Shown: positions 38,866 through 51,034 of the stretch, in pieces
How the letters are laid out: each line of letters begins with the position of its first letter
Position numbering within the stretch: the first letter of the stretch is position 1
From: Hypanus sabinus
Lineage: Eukaryota
Assembly: GCF_030144855.1 (NCBI RefSeq)
Contig: NC_082731.1
Coordinates: forward strand, 22,878,001 to 22,942,000
Direction: 5' to 3'
DNA length: 64,000 nucleotides
Position numbers and translations under genes: made by a program
Notes under the pieces: model-generated
What the model was told of the DNA's origin: nothing
What the model saw: the letters and a program-made list of their open reading frames with translations, nothing else
Database searches by the model: none

Positions 38866-41800
38866 AGACAATAAACAATAGGTGCAGGAGTAGACCATTC
38901 GGCCCTTCGAGCCTGCACCGTCATTCTAAGATCATGGCTGATCATCTACTATCTATACCCCGTTACTACCTTGTCCCCTTATCCCTTGATTCTCCAATCC
39001 GTAAGATAACTATCCAGCTCCTTCTTGAAAGCATCCAGATAATTGGCCTCCACTGCCTTCCGAGGCAGTGCATTCCAGACCCGCACAGCTCTCTGAGAGA
39101 AGAGGTTTTTCCTTAACTCAATCCTAAATTACCTACCCCTTATTCTCAAAACATGCCCTCTGTTACTGGACTCTCCCAGCATCTGGAACATATTTCCTGC
39201 CTCTATCTTGTCCAATCCCTTAATAATCTTATATGTTGCAATCAGATCCCCTCTCAATCTCCTTAATTCCAGAGTGTACAACTCAGTCTCTCTAACCTTT
39301 CATAGTACGACAGTCCGGACATCGCAGGGATAAACCTTCTGAACCTCCGCTTCACTTCCACTATAGCCAGGATGTTCTTCCTTAACCCTGGAGACCAAAA
39401 CTGTGCGCAATATTTCAGGTGTGGTCTCACCAGGGCCCTGTACAAATGCAAAAGAATTTCTTTGCTCTTGTACTCAATTCCCTTTGTAATAAAGGCCAAC
39501 ATTCCATTAGCCTTCTTCACTGTCTGCCGCACTTGCTCATTCACCTTCACTGACTTATGAACAAGGACTCATAGTTCTCTTTGTATTTCTCACATACATA
39601 GCTTACACCATTCAGATAATAATCTGCCTTCCTGTTCTTACTCCAAAGGTGGATAACCTCACACGTATTCACATTAAACGTCATCTGCCAAGTATCTGCC
39701 CACTCACTCACCCTATACAACTCACCCTGGATTCTCATAACACTCTCATAACATGTCACACTGCCACCCAGATAGTATCATCAGCAAACTTGTTGATGTT
39801 ATTCTCAATGCCTTCATCTATATAGTTGATATAAATCGTAAACAGCTGAGGTCCCAATACCGAGCGCTGTGGCACCCCACTAGTCACAACCTGCCGTTCC
39901 GGGAAGAACCCATTCACAGTTACCCTTTGCTTTCTATCTGCCAACCAGTTTTCTATCCATGTCAATATCTTCCCACCAATGCTATGAGATCTGATTTTTC
40001 ACACCAATCTCATATGTGGTACATTTTCAAATGCCTTCGGGGCATTTGAAAATCGGGGTACAGTACATCTACTAGATCTCCCTTGTCTAACTTCCTGGTT
40101 ACATCCTCGAAAAACTTTAATAGATTAGTCAAGCGTGATTTACCCTTGGTAAATCCATGCTGGCTCAGCCCAATCCTATCACTGCTATCTAGATATCCCA
40201 CTATTCCATCTTTAATAATGGACTCTAGCAACTTCCCCACTACTGATGTTCGGCTGACAGGACGATAGTTCTCGTTTTCTCCCTCCCTCCTTTCTTAAAA
40301 AGTAGGATAACATTAGCCATTCTCCAATCCTCAGGAACTGATTCTGAATCTCAGGAACATTGGTAAATTATTACCAATGCATTCGCAATTTCCAGATCCA
40401 CCTCTTTTGGTACCCTAGGATGCAGACCATCTGACCTGGGGATTTGTCAGCCTTCAGTCCCATCACTCTACTCATCACCGTTTCCTTCCTAATGTCAATC
40501 TGTTTCATTCCCTCTGTTACCCTATGTCCTTGGCCCATCCATATATCTGGGAGATTGCTTTTGTCTTCCATCGTGAAGGCTGATCTAAGGTAATTATTAA
40601 ATTCTTCTGACATTTCTCCTGTTTCCCATACCAATTCACCCAATTGATTATTCAAGGGCCCAACATTGTTCTTATTCTTTCTCTTTACATACCAAAAAGA
40701 CTTTTGCTATCGTCCTTTATATTCCTGGCTAGTTTGCGTTCGTACCTCATTTTTTCGCCACGTATTGACTTCATGGTTAATTTCTGTTGTTCCTTAAAAA
40801 TTTCAGAATCATCTGTCCTCCCACTCACTTTAGCTCCGTCATACTTCCTTTGTTTTAATGCATTGCAATCTCTGACATCCTTTGTTCACCTCTGTGGCCC
40901 CTTTTCTCTCCTTGAATTCTTCCTTCTCCGGGGGTTGATCTGATTTCGCAGCTTGTGCATTATTCGCAATAATACCTCCCATTGCTGTTCCACTGTCTTT
41001 TCTGGTCGGATATCCTGCTTGTTAACTTTGGCTAGCTACTCACTTATGGCTCCATAGTCTCCTTTATTCAACTGCAACACTGACATCTCCGATCCGCCCT
41101 TATCCATCTCAAATTGCTGGTAAAAACTTATCATATTATGGTCATTACCTCATAATGGTTCCTTTACTTCAAGATTGCTTATCAAATCCTGTTCATTACA
41201 CAAGACTAAATCCAGAATAGCCTTGTCTCTGGTCGGGTCTCGCACAATCTGTTCCAAGAATGCATCCCTAAGGCACTCTACAATCACCCTATCCTTGGGT
41301 CTAGTACCAAGCTGATTCTCCCATTTCACCTGCATGTTGAAATCCCCCATATCTACAGCGACATTACCTTTGCCACATGCAAATTATAACTACCTATTCA
41401 ACTTGCACCCAAATTACAAGCTACTGTTTGGTGGCCTGTAGACGACACCCATTAGGGTCTTTTTGCACTTACTGTTCCTCAGTTGTATCCACACAGACTC
41501 TACTTCTCCTGATCCTGTATCCCTCCTTCCAAAGGACAGAATCACATTTCTCACCAACAGTGCCACCCCACCCACTCTGCCCACATTTCTTTCCCCACGA
41601 TAGCACGTATAGCCTTGAACATTCATTTCCCAGGTCAGATCTCCCTGCAGCCATGTCTTCGTTATTACCACAATATCATAGTTACCCATTCGCAGCTGAG
41701 CTTCAAGCTCCACCGCCTTATTTCTGACACTTCGTGCATTCAGATATAGATGTTTTTGTCCATTTGTCCTCTTTCTGTTTTAATCACCGCCTATTGTGCT

Positions 41801-42143
41801 TAACCCAGCTCCCCGAACTCCCATCGGGCTATACGCCCCTTGAATTTTGTTGTCCTTCCTAAATTTACTTATTCGTTATGCACATTTAACTCCATGTTTC
41901 TTCTGACCATCCCTCAGTACATGTGGCCTTCTTATCACTTGGTCCGCCTCACCTTTCTCCACTACACACTTAATATTCCGGAACTGTGCAGTTCCAACCT
42001 GTCCTTTATTCTTCATATCGCTATCCTCTGTCACATTTTGGACACCTGCCCTCGGCAAATTTAGCTTAAACCCCTCCGAGAAGCACTAGCAAACTTTCCT
42101 GCAAGTATGTTTTTACCGCTCCAGTTCAGCTGTAAACCGTATG
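38866..42143 (-). mobile_element. 5'-truncated CR1 LINE (ORF1 esterase end, ORF2, 3' tail), several internal deletions
   Basis: Antisense tail AATAGACAATAAACAATAGGTGCAGGAG. RT (GVPQRSVLGPQLF, KFADD, GKSRLTNLL) and endonuclease (MGDFNMQV, YRPPNS). Esterase end GLQLNWSGKNILAGKFA. Confidence 0.94.
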
Positions 42144-43200
42144 ACAGTAAAAATGAATGTGATAATACATTAAGTACACACACCAACACAAAGAGTACAG
42201 AAGGCAAGAGAGGAAGAGAGGGGGTGAATAATATAAACGAAGATATGACATACAGATTTGTATAAGACAAACAGACAGAACAAAGAAAAAAAAGCAAAAA
42301 GTAAAACAGCAGGTTGATAGAGTGTCTGGACAGAGGTACTGTGGAAATAACAGAATGTTAGTGAGAAGAGAGAGGGACAGTTGTTGTTGGAAAATGAAAC
42401 GATCTGTATTATCAAAAGCGGGAAAATCAACATAACAAAACATATATCAAGGAACCAGAAAGAGACAACAGAAAATTGGGAGATATTAATGGCTAGAGTC
42501 AGGCTTAGACCTGGAAGTAAATAGATAACGAAAGTGAGAGAGAAATAAATGGAGTAGAAATAAACAAGGATATTGAAGTGGGTAGACATTGTGAGGGGGA
42601 GGGAGTGTTTGAGCGAGATTCAGATAAAGTGAAGGGGGAAAACCTGTATCCTGCACGGCATTCATTCTTTGTGCTCCTTACAGATTACTTTGGTTGTGCT
42701 GCCAACTGAGAGTCTGTAAAAATGAACTATCTTTGTACTGTGGAGCTCATGTACTCCTGGGTCGTCGGTCGAAGGTTCTACTATCATTCATCAACGAGGA
42801 GCCAGAAGTGTACCCGCCGCGATACGATGTTTCCAACAAGTTTCGGCTAAAGTAATGTTCGAGAACGGAAAGACAAAACATGAAAATATACATACATGAA
42901 AGGACATGCTTCATTTATTTCAACATCCTAAGGCATGTCCGACATATCGGCTATCCAAAGTTCTCCAGAAGAATGACTGGTAAGATTTTACGCTGAGCTG
43001 TAGAAAGACTGAATGATTTCATGTAAATATTTTAGGGGGCCTTATGTCATATTGCGCCATATACCTTCACGCTGTTGAGCTCAACCTATCGTGGAGGATG
43101 CATTCAAAGCGCTACCCTAGGTGTTGTTATGCTCAATTACCACTATAACTTCAACAGTTAGCGAATGAAGGAAGGACAAGATGTGAACACAGGCACAAAG

Positions 43201-43265
43201 AGACACAAAGAGACACATACAAACACACACACAGACACACACACACACAGACCCACATACACATG
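43201..43265. repeat. Imperfect (CA)n microsatellite
   Basis: Directly visible. Confidence 0.9.
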
Positions 43266-43889
43266 CGAGCGCATGCTCTGATCTCGTCAGACTTACGGAT
43301 ACAGACACCGATGAGCAGGAAATGAAGCGACAATGCCAAGAGTGAACGGATAGAAACCGCGAAACAGGGATATTAATTAGCTATTATTCGGAGAATAGTT
43401 CCATCATACATAACTGTAGTTTCTCCGTGACTTGGTCCATTCATTTGAGGATTGTTTCTATGTAAAATCCCGAGATATATGAATAAACATGTGTCTCAGG
43501 AACCGACCGACGTCTTAGATTTGCCCGTGTTTTTATCGGTACTTTGCTGAAAGTCGACAAGAAGCTCTTTGTTAGAATTTCCACCGTATTTCTCTTTGGC
43601 ATGTGGATCGACTGTACAAAGGGGAAAAAAAAGCCCTTTCTAGAGCTGCAGGCCTATGTCGTCGGACGGCTGTCTCAGTTAGTGGGGTGTGACTCGCTTT
43701 CATTGAGGTACATAAAGCTGTCGCATTTGGGACAATAGACGGAGCATGTCTCAAGAGGATGCGTACCCACTGGGCGCTTTTCACATCCTGCCCATTATAG
43801 TACTTAAACGGTAGAATAGGAAAGTTCTGAATCCTGGCGATAATTTGTTGAGGGGAAAATCATTCAACCTATTCTTCAGAAAAAAAATA

Positions 43890-44342
43890 ATGTTGAGATT
43901 CGTCATCTGGATCGTGTGCGGAGCCTGGTTAACTGGTTTGTATGCAGCGGACAATTCAAAAGATTTCTCGAAACTGAATTCAGTGGAAAAAAAAACGCCA
44001 ATATATCAATTCATGTTTTGACATTATTTTTCAGATAGGAGTCATGGGCACTCTGTCACTCAGACAATGTCACTACAAGTGAAGACAGAAGAAGAGGCTG
44101 TGAGTTTCAGCTGCACCTATGATAATACATGGAGCGACTATAGATTATATTTATACCAAAAAAAGGCTAGAGCAAAGTCTCGAGTACGTACTGTACAGCG
44201 ATATGTATGGAAACGAAGGTAAAGCCGAATTTGCCGAAAGACGCTTCAAATCCACTCTGGAGGAGGGAAATAAATTATTTATTGTCACCATCTCAAAGCT
44301 GCACATGAGCGACTCTGCAGTTTATTACTGTGCCTTAAGCCG
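43890..44342 (+). pseudogene. TRAV/TRDV: T-cell receptor alpha/delta-type variable (V) gene segment, frameshifted as assembled
   Basis: Leader exon 43890-43935 (MLRFVIWIVCGAWLT|G, GT donor), intron ending TTTTTCAG at 44034, and V exon 44035-44342: SVTQ...VSFSC(23)TYD...SLEYVLY...AEFAERRF...TISKLHMSDSAVYYC(104)ALS. There is a +1 shift in the A7 run at 44158-44164, and FR2 Trp41 reads Leu (TTA). Confidence 0.9.
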
Positions 44343-44381
44343 CACAGTGCTGCATTGTAGTTAAATGCTCGTTCAAAAAAT
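44343..44381 (+). promoter_or_regulatory. 23-spacer recombination signal sequence (23-RSS)
   Basis: Perfect heptamer CACAGTG (44343-44349), an exactly 23-nt spacer and nonamer TCAAAAAAT (6/9 to ACAAAAACC), immediately after YYCALS. Confidence 0.9.
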
Positions 44382-44625
44382 CACTTACTGTAGAATCCAT
44401 ACTTTAATCGCTGCAACTTTATATATTTGTGCAGTCCTTTTGTCATTGTGGTTTCACGCAACTAAGTGTACCTGTTGTATTTTCTCTCGCCTTCGTTTGT
44501 GAAGACTCGGCAATGGTTCTAACCGCACCTCTCTTTCCAATGATGTAGAGAGATCTCGAGCCTCTTCTATTTCATTTAATTTGTGAAATATATTTTAACG
44601 CTACAAGAGAGTTATGAGCGGTACA

Positions 44626-44765
44626 NNNNNNNNNNNNNNNNNNNNNNNNNNNNNNNNNNNNNNNNNNNNNNNNNNNNNNNNNNNNNNNNNNNNNNNNNNN
44701 NNNNNNNNNNNNNNNNNNNNNNNNNNNNNNNNNNNNNNNNNNNNNNNNNNNNNNNNNNNNNNNNN
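44626..44765. other. Assembly gap (140 N)
   Basis: Run of N. Confidence 1.
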
Positions 44766-45397
44766 AATCAAAGATTTTTTTTAGATATTTGTTAATGGAA
44801 TGATGAATGATTGTCCGGAATCTGATTAAGTGAGTTTTAAAGAAGTCCGCAAAGATATCAAAGAGCAGGTGTGCATAAACCCTGACTACCGGACCTGAGA
44901 TGTTCTCCTGCCAGGTCTCATAACTGAAAGGGATATCTGTTAAATTCTGACGTTTTATGATGCTACAGAAGTGAAGGCAGCGCTGTGGGCCTTTAATATG
45001 GAGCGTACATCTATGTACACCTACATAGATTAGCGCGATAAGCAAGTCAGCAAAAGAAAAGGGAGCCTGAATTGGGGAATGGATTTGGAGTAATGGGAAC
45101 CTGAGCATATTACGGGAAACTGGAGAAATCCATTTTCATGCCTTCATGATAGACGATACCTAAACCGAATATGAGATGCTGTCTCAGGATAGCAGAATAA
45201 GAGGGCATGGACATCATCTTGGAATGGATTTGGTAATTAAGTTAAAATGGTTGGGATACATTGAAATCCTTCATGCTGCAGTCCGATTGAATTTGTACGA
45301 TAACATGGACCCACCACCTACGTCGAGTCTCTCCGATGTTGTATCAACCGGATTATAAACACTGCCAATAGTGAATAAGGCAAAAAGGTGAAAGAAC

Positions 45398-46235
45398 TGT
45401 TACGTACTCTTGACACATGACAGTGGTGCCCTTGTCATGTGACTGGGGTTGAAGCTGTACTGGACTTGAGGTGATGGTCTTGTGATGGTGGAATGACGTC
45501 ATTTTCCCGCCAGTAGAGATCATGTGACGGGTTTTTTTTACAGGTTATAAAAGGTAGACCCCACCCTGTGAGGAGGGGCAGTTCGTGGCTGGATTTGCCA
45601 AGTTGACTTCATGCCACTGCGTGTTTGAAGTGATGACGCAGTTTAGTTGAAGGATGAAGTTTTTATTTAATGCCTAAAGTTTAAAAGGTTAATGCCAACA
45701 GGTTCTTTATGATTCTGTTAGTTTGAGAATTAAAGGAGAGTGAAGATTCAAGGTTGGAAGTTAAAGATCGAGGAGAATCGCTTTCTACGGTGAAACGGGG
45801 GCGACCTTTGTTTGATCCTTATTTGGAAGGATTTCGTTGACTATCTTCGTGTTAATCCCTAGGTTTACCTAGAAAGGATTGAAGGTAGTGGAGAAGGAAA
45901 GGTCAGTGCCTTTAAGCCGTTCTGTTTCGTAAATTCTTCGTGGGAATTTTGACGTCGGGAATCGAAGCAAGCGATGTGAAAGAGAACTTAAATCGTCCTG
46001 TAAAGTCTCTCCTTTTAAACGGACTGTGAGCATATCGAACTTTTGGCAATATCACTTAAAGAACTGTTTTGGAATATCACTTTACGAACTGTTTGAACAG
46101 CCGCTCAGCAGCTGTTTCCGGTTACGGTAGTGTTTGTTTACTTTTGGGGGGTTTGTTTTCTGTGTTTAATAAACGTGTTTGTTATAAGAAACCCTTGCCG
46201 AACTCATATATTTATTGTTGCCTGAATACGTAACA
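45398..46235 (+). repeat. 5' LTR (838 bp)
   Basis: TGTTACG...CGTAACA termini, TATAAAA at 45546 and AATAAA at 46168. Confidence 0.97.
45435..45552 (+). promoter_or_regulatory. LTR U3 promoter: TCATGTGA x2, perfect CRE TGACGTCA, TATA box
   Basis: TCATGTGA at 45435 and 45520, TGACGTCA at 45494 and TATAAAA at 45546. Function is inferred from motif identity only. Confidence 0.6.
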
Positions 46236-46242
46236 TTAAATA

Positions 46243-46260
46243 TGGGGGCTGCGTCGGGAT
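46243..46260 (+). promoter_or_regulatory. Primer binding site, tRNA-Pro-like
   Basis: TGGGGGCTGCGTCGGGAT compared with the canonical tRNA-Pro PBS TGGGGGCTCGTCCGGGAT. Confidence 0.8.
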
Positions 46261-46361
46261 TGAATTTTTTGAGTTTACATGCTTGCTAACTTTTAAATCG
46301 GTGTTTTGGAAACGGGGATTACTCGGTTCTTTTGTTTGGCTTGTTGTGGTATTCGGCAGCA

Positions 46362-49300
46362 ATGAATATTGATGAGTTTCTGGCTTCGCCAGCTGCAGAG
46401 GTGTTGGCGAAGGCGAAAAACTGAGGTGTTTGAGCTAGCTAGTAGATTGCGACTTAAAGGTATTTTGCAGACTACTTCTAAGGCTGTAATACAGAGGAAA
46501 ATCGCGTCACACTATGTGGATTCGGGTGTTTTTGATGAATCGATTTTAGAGTCGTTTCAAATAAGTAAACTGGAGATGCAGTTGCAAATCGAACAAATGA
46601 AATTGGAACAAAGTAAAGCTGATTTGGAGAGGTGTAAATTGGAGGCAGAACAAAAGAAGAGAGAATTTGCATATGCAATGGAGGAATTAAAGTTTGGAAA
46701 TCAGTCTTCTGGTTCTAAAAAAACGTTTGTTGCTAGTCAAGAAATTAAATTGGTCCCTCCATTTAGTGAAACAGAAGTGGAAAGGTATTTTCAACATTTT
46801 GAAACTATTGCTCTGATGTCAGAGTGGCCGAAAGATAAATGGTCAGTGTTGTTACAGAGTGTAATTAAAGGCAAAGCACAACAAGTTTACAGATCTTTAA
46901 CAGCTGCACAAGCTCTTGATTATGATATTGTAAAGAGTCATATTTTAAACGCATATGAGTTAGTCCCAGAAGCATATAGGGAAAGATTCAGAAGTTTGAA
47001 AAAGTCTGTGGAAAAAACTTATGTGGAATTTGCCTATGATAAAGCTATGTGTTTTGAGAGATGGGTTTCTTCTAAAAATGTAAATGGGGACTATGATACA
47101 TTGAGAGAGCTGATTTTAATGGAGGAATTTAAAAGAAGCATTCCTGTTGAAGTAAGGACCTACTTAAATGAGAAGGATACTGATAAATTGCAGGACTGTG
47201 CTAGATTAGCTGATGAGTATGTTTTGATCCATAAGAACAAATTTCCTCAGGGCAGAATTTTTAAGAGGAAAAATAACATGGAGACTCCAGATAAATTTGA
47301 AATTAAATCGGAGGTTAATGAGAAAGTTAATGAGAAAGGAAAGCCTGTGAAGGAAAGACAGTTTGGTCTTACTTGTAACTATTGTAAGAAGCCTGGCCAT
47401 GTAATAGCTAACTGTTTCAAATTGAAAAAGAAAGAGAAGGAAGCAGTTCCAGATGCTTGTGTGCAACATATTGAAGCACCTGTAAAGTTACAGGGTTTGA
47501 TAAAAACAAATGAGGCTTTGTTAGAGTCTGACCAAGTTAGAAAGGGATATGATCATTTTGTAACTGAAGGGTTTGTATCCTTGAAGGAAGGATCTACTCT
47601 GGTGCCAATAAAAATCCTTAGGGATACTGGTGCTTCTCAGTCATTGATGTTAGACAGTGTGTTGAAGTTTAATGAAGAGTCTGATACTGGTGAGGTAAAT
47701 TACATAAGAGGTGTTGGAAGTGATTTTATGCCTGTACATTTACATAAAGTAAATTTAAAGTCAGGGTTAGTTACAGGATTTGTTAAAGTAGGATTACAGC
47801 ATAGCTTACCTGTGAAGGGTATTTCTTTATTGTTAGGTAATGACTTGGCAGGTGGACAAGGTTTTCCTGAAGTGCATTTGACAATGGAGTCAGAGGAACC
47901 AGAGTTGAATTCTAACACAGATTCTTCCTGTGTTGTGACTAGAGCTATGGCTAAAAAGATTGATGCGCAGAATGAGGTTGTTATTCAGGACTGTTCAACT
48001 CAGGATTTGAGTTTTGAGGATGTGTCAGAGACTTTCTTATCTTCGTTGTTTGAACAAGATTCTAGGAGTAAGTCTGACTATAAAGATTTATCTTTGTCTA
48101 GGAAGGAGATGATAGCAGAGCAGAATGGAGACTCTGAGATTATAAAATTAAAAGAGCAGGTTTTACTAGATAGTGAAATTGATAAAGATGCTAGGATGAG
48201 GATGTTTAAGCCTGGAGATAAGGTGTTGGTTCTTTTCCCAGTGCAGACAAATCCTTTACAAGCTAGATTTCATGGTCCTTATGAAATTGTGTCTAAAATT
48301 AATGATGTGGATTACGTGGTAAAAATTCCAGATCGTAGAAGGTCAACACAACTTTGCCATATAAATATGTTGAAACCATATTTTGAGAAACAATCTGATA
48401 CTGTGACTGCTGTGGCTAGTGAGAATGAGTTTGATTTAACTAGGAACATGATAGATGATTCATCTGACTTTCATTCTAAATCCAACATTGTTTCTGTTAG
48501 GTTACCAAATTCAACCATTCTGGAAAATATTGATGAAAAATTAGCACATTTACAGTTAGATCAGAGACAACAGATGAAGGATTTGATTTTTAAATATAGG
48601 GAGTTGTTTCCAGATGTTCCGAGAAGGACTACTATAGCTTCACATGATGTAGATGTTGGGGATGCCAAACCTATTAAACAACATCCATATAGGATGAACA
48701 TGGAAAAATGTGAACTTGCTGAGAAAGAAATTGAATATATGTTAGAGAATAATATCATTAGACATTCTAACTCGAATTGGAGTTCGCCATGTGTTATGGT
48801 GCCAAAGCCAGATGGTAGTATTAGGTTTTGTACGGATTATAGGAAGGTGAATGCTGTAACGAAAACAGATGCATATCCAATTCCTAGAGTAGATGATTGT
48901 GTAGATAAAGTTGGAAAGGCAAAGTTCCTTACAAAGATTGATTTATTGAAAGGGTATTGGTGTGTTCCATTAACGGACAGAGGTAGAGAGATTTCTGCAT
49001 TTGTAACTCCATCTGGGTTATATGAGTATAATGTTCTTCCATTTGGGATGAAGAATGCCCCAGGTACTTTCCAGAGGATGATTAACTTTGTGATTCAGGG
49101 ATTGAAAGATACTGATGCTTATATTGATGATTTAGTGACAGGAAATGATACTTGGGAAGCACACATTATTGCGATGGAGAAATTGTTTGAAAGGCTTTCA
49201 AAAGCTAACTTAACTATTAATTTAGCTAAGAGTGAATTTGGACATGCCACTGTGACTTACCTTGGTTATGTTGTGGGTCAAGGTAAGGTAGCTCCTGTTC

Positions 49301-49926
49301 AGGCAAAAGTTCAGGCAATTTTAGAGATTCCCACTCCAACAGGGAAAAAAACTCTCAGAAGGTTTTTGGGAATGGTAGGATATTATCGGAAATTTTGTAA
49401 GAATTTTGCTAATGTTGCCCTTCCATTAACTAACCTTCTGCGGAAAAATGAGAAGTTTGTATGGACGGTGCCTTGTCAAGAAGCATTTGAATAATTGAAA
49501 ACAATGATATGTCAACAACCTGTGCTTAAGGCACCTGACTTTGGAAAACCTTTTTCATTGGCTGTGGATGCTAGTGATGAGGCTGCAGGAGCAGTATTAA
49601 TGCAAAGGAATGAGGGTGATGAGGTTGATCATCCAGTAGCTTACTTTTCTAAGACATTTAATAAGCATCAAAGAAATTATTCGACAATAGAGAAAGAATT
49701 GTTATCTCTTGTTTTAGCTTTGGAATATTTTGAGGTATATGTTAGTACAACTCAGAAACCACTTATTGTTTACACTGATCATAATCCGTTAGTTTTTCTG
49801 AGTACGATGAAAAACAAAAACAGAAGGTTATTAAATTGGAGTTTGATGTTACAAGAGTACAATATTGTGATAACTCATATTAAAGGTAAAGATAATGTGA
49901 TTGCTGATTGTCTATCTCGATGTTGA
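46362..49926 (+). pseudogene. gag-pol: gag-pol polyprotein: SCAN-like capsid, CCHC knuckle, protease, truncated integrase, RT, RNase H
   Basis: Likely true start is ATG 46362 (MNIDEFLASP...), with a 1-nt loss in A5 at 46416-46420. ORF 46369-49494 carries CNYCKKPGHVIANC, LRDTGASQS, RFHGPYEIV and YIDDL. A TAA at 49492 interrupts RNase H, which continues in frame (DASDEAAG, YSTIEKELL, TDHNPL, NVIADCLSR). Confidence 0.93.
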
Positions 49927-50121
49927 ATGTACACTGTAATTTTTTTTGGAGTGGTTTTTTTTTCAATTGTAACACTCCTACTGTATTGTGACTTATAAGC
50001 TGTTATATGATGGTGTTGTGTATTGTATATGTTATAAAATTTATACCTTTGTTTTTCTTGTAAGCAATTGTTAAAAATTTTTGTTCTTGTCAGACCAAAA
50101 ATGTTTTTTTTTGGAGGGAGG

Positions 50122-50960
50122 TGTTACGTACTCTTGACACATGACAGTGGTGCCCTTGTCATGTGACTGGGGTTGAAGCTGTACTGGACTTGAGGTGATG
50201 GTCTTGTGATGGTGGAATGACGTCATTTTCCCGCCAGTAGAGATCATGTGACGGGTTTTTTTTTACAGGTTATAAAAGGTAGACCCCACCCTGTGAGGAG
50301 GGGCAGTTCGTGGCTGGATTTGCCAAGTTGACTTCATGCCACTGCGTGTTTGAAGTGATGACGCAGTTTAGTTGAAGGATGAAGTTTTTATTTAATGCCT
50401 AAAGTTTAAAAGGTTAATGCCAACAGGTTCTTTATGATTCTGTTAGTTTGAGAATTAAAGGAGAGTGAAGATTCAAGGTTGGAAGTTAAAGATCGAGGAG
50501 AATCGCTTTCTACGGTGAAACGGGGGCGACCTTTGTTTGATCCTTATTTGGAAGGATTTCGTTGACTATCTTCGTGTTAATCCCTAGGTTTACCTAGAAA
50601 GGATTGAAGGTAGTGGAGAAGGAAAGGTCAGTGCCTTTAAGCCGTTCTGTTTCGTAAATTCTTCGTGGGAATTTTGACGTCGGGAATCGAAGCAAGCGAT
50701 GTGAAAGAGAACTTAAATCGTCCTGTAAAGTCTCTCCTTTTAAACGGACTGTGAGCATATCGAACTTTTGGCAATACCACTTAAAGAACTGTTTTGGAAT
50801 ATCACTTTACGAACTGTTTGAACAGCCGCTCAGCAGCTGTTTCCGGTTACGGTAGTGTTTGTTTACTTTTGGGGGGTTTGTTTTCTGTGTTTAATAAACG
50901 TGTTTGTTATAAGAAACCCTTGCCGAACTCATATATTTATTGTTGCCTGAATACGTAACA
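50122..50960 (+). repeat. 3' LTR (839 bp), preceded by PPT GGAGGGAGG at 50113-50121
   Basis: Matches the 5' LTR except T9 vs T8 and one C/T change, and is followed by the TSD GAAC. Confidence 0.97.
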
Positions 50961-51034
50961 GAACAAAGGAGGAAAATTACACAATTTTAGCCCACAGTGG
51001 TTGGTCCGCAATTTCATGATAGCTGATCTATTTA

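Larger units (their letters stand above)
45398..50960 (+). mobile_element. Young Gmr1-type Gypsy LTR retrotransposon, integrase core deleted (non-autonomous)
   Basis: 838/839 bp LTRs with two visible differences, GAAC target-site duplication, tRNA-Pro-like PBS and PPT. It has a SCAN-like gag, and the integrase C-terminal GPY module lies upstream of RT (PR-IN-RT-RH order). Confidence 0.95.

Noticed and set aside
42126-42589. Hydrophobic 105-139 aa minus-strand ORFs
   Set aside because: They are products of pyrimidine-rich low-complexity sequence next to the CR1 truncation point, with no domain signature.
46369-46420. ORF-track N-terminus MMSFWLRQLQRCWRRR of the Gypsy polyprotein
   Set aside because: Artefact of a 1-nt deletion in an A run. 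The natural start is more plausibly ATG 46362 (MNIDEFLASP).
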